A stretch of DNA of 64,000 nucleotides from Oscillospiraceae bacterium (GCA_017447645.1 JAFSNA010000095.1:295-64294); one strand, 5' to 3'; counted from the first letter of the stretch, positions 8,095 through 15,813 are shown. Numbers and translations: made by a program. The notes: generated by a model not told the origin, from the sequence alone.

Positions 8095-8958
8095 TTATGC
8101 GCCAATCAGATTCTGCGTAATCTGATCGAAGAAATCCTTCCCCCACACAGCAAGCTTGTTTGGATCCTTGATAAACGGCAAGACGTCCTGCTTTGCCTGC
8201 TCATAGTCGATCGTTGCAAAACGTGCGTGAAGAAGCTCTTTCAGTTGCCCAATATCCAATGGAGCGTCTGTGTCGAGAAATTCGGATTGCCGGAGGCGAG
8301 CTTCCAGGTGCTTCAGATTGACCGGTGTATTCATTGAGAGATAGAACACATAGTCATAGAGATCGCGGCCCTTGATGCGATTTTTCCAAGCACGGCAAAG
8401 AACAGCATGTATTTTCCCTGCAAACAGAGAAGGCGCATCATACAGGCAGATCTCATAGGGGCTGGGCAGCAGCCGATACCTATGCTCAAAGGTTGCAAAG
8501 GGCGGCGGATTTGTGTCGATCTCGAATTTGATTTTGATCAGTTCGCTCGGCGCGATGGACTGAGCAAGACGATCATCCGCGTAGAACAGCAGGATGTGCT
8601 CCTTTGTGTTCCCCTTCAGAAAGGCAGATTGGATAGCGGATTCCGCCGTCTTTACACGCCCTTCAGCTTTGAAGTTCAGCCCGTAGGATCGGATCTCCTT
8701 TTCCAGCACCGGAAGATACTCGCCCAGGTCAAAACCCTCCGGCGCCATCAGCGAAAAGTCAAGATCCTCCGAGAAACGATCCAGGCCATAGAAAATCCGC
8801 AGCGCCGTTCCGCCGTAGAAGGCTACGTGCTTGAAAAAACCGGCACGGCTCAGCCCGCAAAGCACGATCTCCTGAATGATCTCCTTGATGGCATTCTTCT
8901 TGTCGGCCGAAGTCTGTGGCTCATAGGCGCGCAGCATCTGCTCAAGTACTTGTTGCAT
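8095..8958 (-). CDS. abiEii: AbiEii/AbiGii-family nucleotidyltransferase toxin
   Basis: FYGGTALRIFYGLDRFSEDLDFSL motif. The likely start MQQVLEQ at 8958 overlaps the upstream gene end. Confidence 0.8.
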   Translation of the reverse strand: MQQVLEQMLRAYEPQTSADKKNAIKEIIQEIVLCGLSRAGFFKHVAFYGGTALRIFYGLDRFSEDLDFSLMAPEGFDLGEYLPVLEKEIRSYGLNFKAEGRVKTAESAIQSAFLKGNTKEHILLFYADDRLAQSIAPSELIKIKFEIDTNPPPFATFEHRYRLLPSPYEICLYDAPSLFAGKIHAVLCRAWKNRIKGRDLYDYVFYLSMNTPVNLKHLEARLRQSEFLDTDAPLDIGQLKELLHARFATIDYEQAKQDVLPFIKDPNKLAVWGKDFFDQITQNLIGA

Positions 8959-9544
8959 GATGGGTCTCCTTTCTGATCCAGGATCGCAGCAGCTTGTGGT
9001 TCTTCGTCTGGTACAGCGCGGCAAGCTGTTCCATCTCTGCGAGGTCAAGCCCTAAGAGCGTTTGACGGTCGATTCGCAGATTTTCAAACAGCAGCTGCTC
9101 CAGCTCCCTTCGATTTGCACAAGGCGAGAGCTTATACAACTCGTCACAGAGCGCCTTTTCCGGCGCGGCCAAGCGATAGCTGTATCCGTTCTCGACCATC
9201 GGCAGGACACCGTAGGGGAAAGCAGATTCCGGCACGTCCCGATAACTGAAGACGCCGAAGGGCGTTTCAAACTGCTTGGCCCTCTTCTTGTCAAAGCTTG
9301 CCGACGTGAATTGATGGACAGCTTCCGGGATCAGGCCATGGTGGGCAAGGGCGTATTCAAAAGACAGATAGGACGGGCCGTAAATACTCGCTGCAAGAAG
9401 ATAGCCCGGTGTATGGGGATCGGTCTCATACAACCCGCGCACGACGCGGGTCAATTCGCCGTTCTTTACCATGCTCGTAATCTTCATTGCAGGATTTCTA
9501 TAGCCATTCAGTTCATCCATAAGGACAAGATGCGTTTTTAGCAT
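8942..9544 (-). CDS. abiEi: AbiEi-family antitoxin / transcriptional regulator
   Basis: MLKTHLVLMDELNGYRNPAMKITSMVKNGELTRVVRGLYE... N-terminal wHTH pattern. RBS GGTGGTG. Overlaps abiEii by 17 nt. Confidence 0.75.
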   Translation of the reverse strand: MLKTHLVLMDELNGYRNPAMKITSMVKNGELTRVVRGLYETDPHTPGYLLAASIYGPSYLSFEYALAHHGLIPEAVHQFTSASFDKKRAKQFETPFGVFSYRDVPESAFPYGVLPMVENGYSYRLAAPEKALCDELYKLSPCANRRELEQLLFENLRIDRQTLLGLDLAEMEQLAALYQTKNHKLLRSWIRKETHHATST

Positions 9545-9563
9545 ATTTTCACCACCAGTTACA

Positions 9564-9592
9564 ATATTACTGTAATTGCTGGCAAAAATCAA
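9564..9592 (-). promoter_or_regulatory. Candidate abiE promoter (TTGATT-17-TAATAT) with overlapping imperfect inverted repeat
   Basis: Hexamers read on the minus strand. TTACA-n7-TGTAA and CCAG...CTGG lie at 9555-9582. Confidence 0.45.
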
Positions 9593-9655
9593 GCGGTTTT
9601 TGCGATTCAATTCATTCTCTTTGGGAGAGCTTCTATGTTTTCAAATAGTCTATTG

Positions 9656-9664
9656 TGATATAAT
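9656..9664 (+). promoter_or_regulatory. Extended -10 element TGATATAAT upstream of the 112-aa gene
   Basis: Read directly. No strong -35. Confidence 0.35.
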
Positions 9665-9719
9665 GGTCAACACAGAGGTTGAAAAGAATAGCATTGCTCA
9701 GCGAGAGGAGGTGAAGGGC

Positions 9720-10058
9720 ATGAGCAAGTATTCAGACGACGATATTCGTGAAATGAACCGGGTTACCATTCAAGCCGCGGCACAGTATCTTGGCATATCT
9801 GCAGCAGCGGTTACCATGGGCATGAGGAACGCATTGCTCCCAATTGGTTTTGCTGTCAAAAACGAAGAAAACCGATATTCAGATTCCTGGCATTACGTCA
9901 TTGTTCCCGAAAGACTTATTGCTTACAAGCACGGGCGAATTAATGAAATCCAAGTTAAGAACATAGAAGACAGTCTAACGACAATCGTAAAAAGTTTTGA
10001 GGAAATGAAGCACGACCTGCTTTTTCTATTAAAAGAAAACGAGGGATCGGAGGGATAA
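9720..10058 (+). CDS. Hypothetical small protein (112 aa), possible HTH
   Basis: Internal ATG preceded by GAGAGGAGGTGAAGGGC. Contains VTIQAAAQYLGISAAAVTMGMRN, a helix-turn-helix-like segment. Confidence 0.5.
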   Translation: MSKYSDDDIREMNRVTIQAAAQYLGISAAAVTMGMRNALLPIGFAVKNEENRYSDSWHYVIVPERLIAYKHGRINEIQVKNIEDSLTTIVKSFEEMKHDLLFLLKENEGSEG

Positions 10059-10111
10059 AAGTATTTGACAGCCTGTTCCAGCAAGAAGAAAAGAAGGAGG
10101 AGGTGAAAGAA

Positions 10112-11626
10112 GTGGGCGGAAAAACCGTAAGTCGGCAGGAGTTATACGATGAAATATGGACTATTTCAGCAAGTAAGGCAGCCGAGAAATATGAGATAAG
10201 CTACGCAAGGTTTCTGAAAATCTGCAGAGAGAACAGCATTCCAATCCCGCCTTCCGGCTATTGGACAAAGCTGCAATGCGGAAAGCCTGTTGAAAAGACA
10301 CCTTTGCCAGCGTCAAAAATAGATGTTGTTGTGCTTGACCCTGAAAAAGGGAAACCAAAAGAAACAGACGAAATCATAGCACAGCAGGCAGTCATCGTCC
10401 CTGATGAGGAAAAAATCGGGCTGGAGATCCGATATGAAGGCCAAACGCAAAGGTACAATCGGGAGACCTTATACCAGGAAGTATGGGAAGAGCCTATGAC
10501 GGTCGTCAGCAAGCGATATGGAATGTCTGATAATGGGCTCAGAAAAATCTGTCGTAAGCTTGATGTTCCGTTCCCTCCGGCTGGATATTGGGCAAAAGTG
10601 CGTGCTGGGAAGTCAGTATCAAAGCCTGCGCTCCCGAAAGTGAAAACACCACCTAACGAAGATAAACCCAAGACAGGAGAGCGCCGAAAACTACATGTTG
10701 AAGAAACTGCACTTTCGTTCTTAAAGGAAGAGGACCGCAGGAAAATCGTAGATGCTGCAAGTAAGCTGCGCGTTGCCGGACCTGGTGCCAAGCTGCATAA
10801 GGATATTGCCAGCCAGAAGGAAAAATGCGAAAGCTGGCTGGAACGGCAAAAAGAGCGTGGTCAAAGGTATGGCCGATATGTCGAGGAAGTGCCGGTTCTT
10901 GCCGCAGACATCTCAAAAGAGAGCTACGGTCGGGCCTTCCACATACTGGATGCTTTGCTGAAAGGCATGCTGCCCTTTGGCGCTTCTGTAACATACCAAT
11001 TCCATTTTCAGGTGAACGGCGAAGATGTTCCCTTTTCCATGTCGGAATCAAAGGATCAGATTCCTCACACGGTTACGCAAGAGGAAAAGCTGGCTTTGCT
11101 TAAATATGAAGAAGCAAAGAGAAAGAATTCTTGGGCATCAAAGCCCAATATCCCCAAATGGGAGCATCCATGGAACGGAAGACTGACGCTGACCATTAAC
11201 GGAAAATACAAATTCATGGACTGCAAATCCTATTCTCTCGAAGATCGAATCGGCGAAATCATGATCGCTTTCTATGAAGCCTCCTATGCTGTGCGGCTGC
11301 AGAGACTGGAAGCGGAAGAAAAGAGGCGCAAAGAAGAAGAGGAGCGCAGAAAGGCGGAGGAGATTCGCGCGAGATACAACAAGGAAATCGATTATACGGG
11401 AGGGCTGATCAACGCAGCAGAAGACTATGATACTGCATGCAAGCTCCGCGCCTATATCGCTGCGGTAAAGGCCTCTGGTCAGAAATCGGAAGACTGGATC
11501 GAATGGGCGAACGCGAAAGCGGATTGGTTTGATCCAACCATTCATGCAGAAGATCCATATTTTGGCGTAAGGCAGCATGCCAAGAGCGCAGACAGCAAAA
11601 TGCCAAAGCGGAAAGGATACTGGTAA
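10112..11626 (+). CDS. Hypothetical protein with two N-terminal HTH-like repeats and a coiled-coil-like EK-rich segment
   Basis: GTG at 10112 (or 10103) after AAGGAGGAGG. Repeats are ELYDEIW...LKICRENSIPIPPSGYWTKL and TLYQEVW...LRKICRKLDVPFPPAGYWAKV. Confidence 0.7.
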   Translation: MGGKTVSRQELYDEIWTISASKAAEKYEISYARFLKICRENSIPIPPSGYWTKLQCGKPVEKTPLPASKIDVVVLDPEKGKPKETDEIIAQQAVIVPDEEKIGLEIRYEGQTQRYNRETLYQEVWEEPMTVVSKRYGMSDNGLRKICRKLDVPFPPAGYWAKVRAGKSVSKPALPKVKTPPNEDKPKTGERRKLHVEETALSFLKEEDRRKIVDAASKLRVAGPGAKLHKDIASQKEKCESWLERQKERGQRYGRYVEEVPVLAADISKESYGRAFHILDALLKGMLPFGASVTYQFHFQVNGEDVPFSMSESKDQIPHTVTQEEKLALLKYEEAKRKNSWASKPNIPKWEHPWNGRLTLTINGKYKFMDCKSYSLEDRIGEIMIAFYEASYAVRLQRLEAEEKRRKEEEERRKAEEIRARYNKEIDYTGGLINAAEDYDTACKLRAYIAAVKASGQKSEDWIEWANAKADWFDPTIHAEDPYFGVRQHAKSADSKMPKRKGYW

Positions 11627-11665
11627 AGCTTTTGGTTCAGCATTCAAAAGCAGCAAAATGGTGCA

Positions 11666-11712
11666 GTTAAGAGGGCAACTTTTGCAAAAATGCAAAAAGT
11701 TACCCCCTTAAC
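11666..11712. repeat. Long imperfect palindrome downstream of the 505-aa gene
   Basis: GTTAAGAGGGCAACTTTTGCA-aaaa-TGCAAAAAGTTACCCCCTTAAC. Confidence 0.5.
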
Positions 11713-11784
11713 TCGATATTTTCATGTTGCGGCTAATGCTATACACATCGGCAAAAAATCAAAAAAATGCCGAAATGTATTTTG

Positions 11785-11816
11785 CTGAATTTGAATTCAG
11801 TGAATTTGGATTCAGT
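11785..11816 (+). repeat. Tandem 15-nt repeat GAATTTG(A/G)ATTCAGT x2
   Basis: CTGAATTTGAATTCAGTGAATTTGGATTCAGT read directly. Confidence 0.5.
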
Positions 11817-11830
11817 AAAAAGCGGTGGTT

Positions 11831-11847
11831 GCTCTCCAATCCGATAG
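11831..11847. repeat. Copy of the sigG junction core (GCTCTCCAATCCGATAG)
   Basis: Compare GCTTTTCTCCATCCGATAA at 12441-12459. AATCCGAT also recurs at 11861-11868 and 11891-11898. Confidence 0.45.
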
Positions 11848-11858
11848 ATTTCGGGTTT

Positions 11859-12422
11859 TCAATCCGATGAATTTTCGCCCTCGAAGTTATAATCCGATAT
11901 GACTCTCACCTTCAACTGCGGCGGGCTGTCCGGCACGGCGCGGTTGTTATAGATGGGGAGGCCAAGCTTCTCCAGCAGGATGCGCCAGCGGCGGGTGTGG
12001 TTGTACTTGGCGATGGCGAACCAGCCGCGGGAGGGATGGGCGCGGCGGGCGTTGTAGTCCTCGGCGCTGGTCGGCTGGATGCGCAGGTACTCCTTGATGA
12101 AGTCTTCGGTGGCCTTGGCCTGGACCTCATCGAGGGGCATTTTCTTTGTCGGGTAGTGCTGCTCCAGCCACTCCTGCAGCGTGATGCCGAAGCGGCGCTT
12201 GATGACCGTGTGCGGCGGGAGGCCGCGCTTCTTGAAATCACTGGTGGTCGGCACCCGACCGTGGTCGAGGATGAACTGCTCCACGGCGTCGAAGATCGCT
12301 TCTTCCGACCAGCTGAAAAAAGGCAGTTCCCCGGACAGCGTATGTAAGATCCCTGCGGCCTCGGTCTGGCCGGCCGCGTTCAGTGCTTCGATGGCGGCGC
12401 TCAGCGCCTGCTTGCGTGTCAT
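11859..12422 (-). CDS. Element-encoded hypothetical protein (187 aa), possible DNA-binding repeat protein
   Basis: Only the C-terminal part of the 544-aa track ORF is plausible. ATG 12422 follows AGGAGG 9 nt upstream. Two degenerate W/F..G..P....F repeats recall homing-endonuclease-associated repeats. Confidence 0.6.
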   Translation of the reverse strand: MTRKQALSAAIEALNAAGQTEAAGILHTLSGELPFFSWSEEAIFDAVEQFILDHGRVPTTSDFKKRGLPPHTVIKRRFGITLQEWLEQHYPTKKMPLDEVQAKATEDFIKEYLRIQPTSAEDYNARRAHPSRGWFAIAKYNHTRRWRILLEKLGLPIYNNRAVPDSPPQLKVRVISDYNFEGENSSD

Positions 12423-12427
12423 AGAGA

Positions 12428-12748
12428 TCAGCCTCCTGTGGCTTTTCTCCATCCGATAATCGCTGGAACGCCGTAGGTGGAGAACTGCACCTGCTGGCCC
12501 AGGTCGAAGGCATCCACCGCCTTGATCAGGCCGATCACGCCGACCTGGAAGAGGTCGTCCATGCTTTCGCCGCGGCCGGAGAAACGCTGCACCACGCTCA
12601 GCACCAGGCGCAGATTGCCCTCGATCAGCTTCTGCCGCGCCTGCATGTCGCCGCCGCGCGCTTTTTCGAGCAGCATTTTGGTCTCCGCGCTCTTCAGAAC
12701 CGGCAGCTCCGCGGTGTTCACCCCGCAGATCTCGACCTTTCCCTGCAT
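12428..12748 (-). pseudogene. sigG: 5' fragment of a sporulation sigma factor G-like gene, interrupted after codon 99
   Basis: MQGKVEICGVNTAELPVLK...GNLRLVLSVVQRF...DDLFQVGVIGLIKAVDAFD...FSTYGVPAIIG parallels B. subtilis SigG up to ...STYAVPMIIG. It then reads WRKATGG-stop instead of EIRRYLRD. Confidence 0.8.
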
Positions 12749-12784
12749 GAACATCCCCCACTTTCGGAAAAGAGAAAGTGGAGT

Positions 12785-12814
12785 TAGTATTTCCCGCCGC
12801 GGGAAAAATCATAC
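12785..12814 (-). promoter_or_regulatory. Forespore-type (sigma-F/G-like) promoter candidate GTATG-N18-AATACTA
   Basis: Read on the minus strand about 40 nt upstream of the sigG start. Resembles the remembered sigma-G consensus GHATR-N18-CATXHTA. Confidence 0.45.
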
Positions 12815-12842
12815 GGCCGCGAACCATATGCGGAAACAGCGG

Positions 12843-12869
12843 AAACGGGCGGCCGACGGCCGCCCGTTT
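12843..12869. terminator. Hairpin terminator AAACGGGCGGCC-gac-GGCCGCCCGTTT
   Basis: Perfect 12-bp stem with a T run. Lies downstream of the minus-strand gene ending at 12884. Confidence 0.7.
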
Positions 12870-12883
12870 TTCTTTTGCTTTAT

Positions 12884-13996
12884 TCAGTAGCGCATCATGT
12901 CCGAGGCGTAGAGCTGTCCGTCCTTTTCGCAGACGAAGACCCGCGCGCGGTTTTCCGAGCGCGTGGTCCCGCTCAGGCCCAGCGTGTCGACCGTGAAGCA
13001 GACGTCGCAGACATATTCGCCCTCGCTCAGGCGGATGAACGCGCGGTGCTCGACGGAGACGAGATCGTTCCGGCGGTTGTGCGACCAGAGCTGGCCGTTG
13101 CGCGCGTTGGCCGCGCGCGCGGCAAGATCGCTCTCCGGCAGCAGCAGCGTCACGATCGCGCGGTAGCCGCTCACGACCATGTCCCGGTGACAGCCCATGA
13201 ACGCGACGTAGCCCGCGCAGTAGCGGTCGATAAAGTCCTCGAGAGCCGCCTTCTCCTGCGCCGAGCAGCTGTTCAGGATGCTCTCGCGCAGCAGCGCCTC
13301 GAAATCCGTGTCGGCGCCGTATTCCCGCCCCTCGCCGTCCGTGATGCGCAGCGGCGTCTCGCCGATGCGGTCCGTGACGGTGTAGGTGACGAGCTCCGGC
13401 GGCTCCTGCGCCGTGCCGGCGAGGTAGGAAAGCTCCGGGCAGGCGGCGCGGCGCGCGGTCACATAGCTCTCGTCCAGCTCGTAGCCGCCGCATTCCACGC
13501 GGAAGCCCTCCGGCACCGTGACCGTGAGGTCGCTCTCGGCCGGGAGGAAGGAGAAGTCCAGCTCCTCGCCGCAGACTTTCCAGGGGCGGATCCCCCGGGC
13601 GGCGTTCTCGCCGCGCTCAAGCGTCAGCGAGCCGACGATCTGATCGCCGGAGAGAAGGATCCATCTCTCGTTTTCCGCGCTGCAGCCCGCCTCGTCGCGC
13701 ACGCCGCGCAGATCTCCGTGCAGCAGCGGCGCGGCATAGCGCGCAAAGATCTCCCGCGCCGGGCAGATCCGGCTGTCGAAATGCGCGAGCGAGGGCTCGG
13801 CCAGGAGGAAGGCGTGCTCGTCGTCCAGCGTGTCGATCCAGGCGTTCACGGCGCTCGGCGCGCTCGCGTCCTCATAGGCCTTCAGCCAGCGCTGCAGCAG
13901 GAAGAGCCCCGCGCCGAGCAGGATCAGAAAGACCAGCGCGTAAACGAGCATCGCGCGGCCGAGTCCGCCTTTTCTTTTTCTTTTCGCTCCGCTCAT
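12884..13996 (-). CDS. Membrane-anchored hypothetical protein (370 aa)
   Basis: Start MSGAKRKRKGG followed by TM helix AMLVYALVFLILLGAGLFLL. ATGA overlap with the upstream gene. Confidence 0.65.
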   Translation of the reverse strand: MSGAKRKRKGGLGRAMLVYALVFLILLGAGLFLLQRWLKAYEDASAPSAVNAWIDTLDDEHAFLLAEPSLAHFDSRICPAREIFARYAAPLLHGDLRGVRDEAGCSAENERWILLSGDQIVGSLTLERGENAARGIRPWKVCGEELDFSFLPAESDLTVTVPEGFRVECGGYELDESYVTARRAACPELSYLAGTAQEPPELVTYTVTDRIGETPLRITDGEGREYGADTDFEALLRESILNSCSAQEKAALEDFIDRYCAGYVAFMGCHRDMVVSGYRAIVTLLLPESDLAARAANARNGQLWSHNRRNDLVSVEHRAFIRLSEGEYVCDVCFTVDTLGLSGTTRSENRARVFVCEKDGQLYASDMMRY

Positions 13997-15057
13997 TTCT
14001 CCGTCCCTCCTTCCATCACCAGAAAGACGTCGGGGACGGGACGCGGGCGGAACAGATCGGCCTTGTCGTTGAGATACTCGCCCTTGTACCACAGCAGCGC
14101 GGAGGTCCCGCCGTCGAGGTTGCAGGCGTTGACTGCGCCGAAGTCCTGCATGACGCCGGCCATGTCCGAGACCGTCGCGCCCATGCTGACGACCTGCCGC
14201 CCGTCCACGACCAGCAGCAGGATCGCACCGTCCTCGCGCTGGCCGATCGCCGAGCGCGGGTTGAGGTCGCTGCGCAGCGTCTCGGGATCGGCGGGCACGC
14301 CGTCCCGGATCAGCACGGGCCCGAAGGAGACGCCCCAGCGGATGCCCATCTCGCTGATCTCTTCCTTGCTGAACTTGCCGACGTGAAGCTTCCCGTTCCC
14401 GTCGATGCCGGCGAAGCCCTGGCGCGTGCCGCGGTTGCCGCAGTAGATCTCTCCGTCGTAGACGACCAGGCTGTCCGGCGTCGAACCGTCGCCCTCGCCG
14501 CCCTCGTCCAGAAAGCCGCCCGCGTTGATCGCCGCCACGGCGCCGGAGGTCTCGCCGAACTGGCCGACCGTGTAGCCCCTGTTGCCGACGCGGTCCGGCA
14601 TGAAGCCGACCGTGACGCGCGAGGGGTCGAGCACGATCATCATCGTGCCGGTGAAGCCGCGGCCGTAGACCGGGCAGATGATGATGCCGTCGCCGTCGTC
14701 GTCCTCATAGCCCGAGGGGTCCGCCGCGGGCGCCGCGCTCTCCGACGGCGCGCTCGGCTCCGTCTTTTCGGGCGCGGGCGCGGCGGGCGAAGGCAGCGGC
14801 GCGCTCTCGCTTCCGCCGGCGCCGAGCTGTTCCGCCGCCAGACGGCCGAGCGTCCCCCGTTCGGAAACGAGGGCGGCGAAATCCCGCCGCGCGCTCTCCG
14901 AGGGGCCGTGGGCGACCGTCAGAAAGACGGCCCCGGCCGCCAGCGCCAGCAGAAGCAGCGTCTCGGCCAGGATGGCCAGGAGCTTTCCGAAAGGAGAGCC
15001 CCGCTTTTCTCTTTTGTCTGTTTCTCCGCCGGGAGGAGTCGTTTTCTTCATGCGCAA
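13993..15057 (-). CDS. Phosphodiester glycosidase (DUF2233/NAGPA-like) family protein, membrane-anchored
   Basis: AINAGGF...VVYDG...RSAIGQREDG..LLLVVDGRQ...GATVSDMAGVM...GAVNACNLDGGTS pattern. TTG or ATG start at 15057/15051. Confidence 0.7.
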   Translation of the reverse strand: MRMKKTTPPGGETDKREKRGSPFGKLLAILAETLLLLALAAGAVFLTVAHGPSESARRDFAALVSERGTLGRLAAEQLGAGGSESAPLPSPAAPAPEKTEPSAPSESAAPAADPSGYEDDDGDGIIICPVYGRGFTGTMMIVLDPSRVTVGFMPDRVGNRGYTVGQFGETSGAVAAINAGGFLDEGGEGDGSTPDSLVVYDGEIYCGNRGTRQGFAGIDGNGKLHVGKFSKEEISEMGIRWGVSFGPVLIRDGVPADPETLRSDLNPRSAIGQREDGAILLLVVDGRQVVSMGATVSDMAGVMQDFGAVNACNLDGGTSALLWYKGEYLNDKADLFRPRPVPDVFLVMEGGTEK

Positions 15058-15135
15058 ACCCAGACTTCCTTTTTATTTCAAATGCAGGAACAGATTACCA
15101 TAGCGCCGCCGGTTTGTAAAGCGCCGCGCGATGCG

Positions 15136-15170
15136 AAAACAGGCCGCGGTCGGGAGCCGCGGCCTGTTTC
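15136..15170 (-). terminator. mntP terminator hairpin
   Basis: AAAACAGGCCGCGG-tcgggag-CCGCGGCCTGTTTC, with a T run on the minus strand. Confidence 0.7.
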
Positions 15171-15180
15171 TTCGTGTTTT

Positions 15181-15774
15181 TCAAAAAATGCCCGTCAGGA
15201 AGATCTCGACGCCGATGCCGATGAGGATGAGCCCTCCGAGGATGGGCGCGATGCGGTCGAGCCTGCGTCCGATCGTCCGGCCGAGGAAGAGCCCGGCGAG
15301 GCAGATCGAGAGCGTGACCGCGCCAATGATCAGCGCCTCGGTCAGCGCGGCGGAAAAGGGGTATTCCTCGATCGTGAAGCCGACGGACAGCGCGTCGATC
15401 GAGGTGGCCACACCCTGGAGCAGCAGCGTGCCGTGCCCCAGCTTTTTCCTTTCCGCTTCCTCCTCGTCCTCCGTACGGCCGCGGACGCCCTCGAGCAGCA
15501 TTTTGCCGCCGATATACAGCAGCAGGCCGAGCGCGATCCAGGGGATGAAGCGCTGGAAGGCGGTAAAGCTCTCGGCGATGGTGCGGACGCAGAGCCAGCC
15601 GAGCAGCGGCATGAGGATCTGGAAGAGGGCGAAGCAGCCCGCGATGCGCAGCCGCTCGCCGTGCTTCATGTCGGGATCGGCGATCGCGTTGGCGACCGAG
15701 ACGGAAAAGGCGTCCATCGCCAGGCCCACGCCGAAGAGTATGCTGTTGAGGAAAAAGGCAAATCCGAGCGCCAT
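15181..15774 (-). CDS. mntP: Manganese efflux pump MntP
   Basis: 197 aa multi-TM protein with GLAMDAFSVS and ATSIDALSVG repeat motifs. Confidence 0.85.
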   Translation of the reverse strand: MALGFAFFLNSILFGVGLAMDAFSVSVANAIADPDMKHGERLRIAGCFALFQILMPLLGWLCVRTIAESFTAFQRFIPWIALGLLLYIGGKMLLEGVRGRTEDEEEAERKKLGHGTLLLQGVATSIDALSVGFTIEEYPFSAALTEALIIGAVTLSICLAGLFLGRTIGRRLDRIAPILGGLILIGIGVEIFLTGIF

Positions 15775-15813
15775 GGCGCGCCTCCCGCAGCGAAAAAAAT
15801 CACAGGTGCGGCC

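Larger units (their letters stand above)
1..12450 (-). mobile_element. Integrated mobilizable element, partial (left end outside window), inserted in a sigG-like gene
   Basis: Recombinase, relaxase and primase backbone genes at 1-4894. AT-richer cargo at about 5000-11860. The sigG reading frame breaks at about 12450. Confidence 0.75.

Noticed and set aside
12428-12748. Possibility that the 106-aa sigma-like ORF is a small element-encoded sigma/anti-repressor, as in some conjugative transposons
   Set aside because: Its sequence follows full-length SigG regions 1.2 to 2.3 and stops abruptly in region 2.4. It sits behind a forespore-type promoter and lacks region 4. A truncated host gene fits better.
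11859-13493. 544-aa minus-strand ORF
   Set aside because: Only its last 187 codons (from ATG 12422 with AGGAGG) look like protein. The upstream part is an Arg/Gly/Ala-rich read-through that crosses the sigG fragment and the next gene in the wrong frame.
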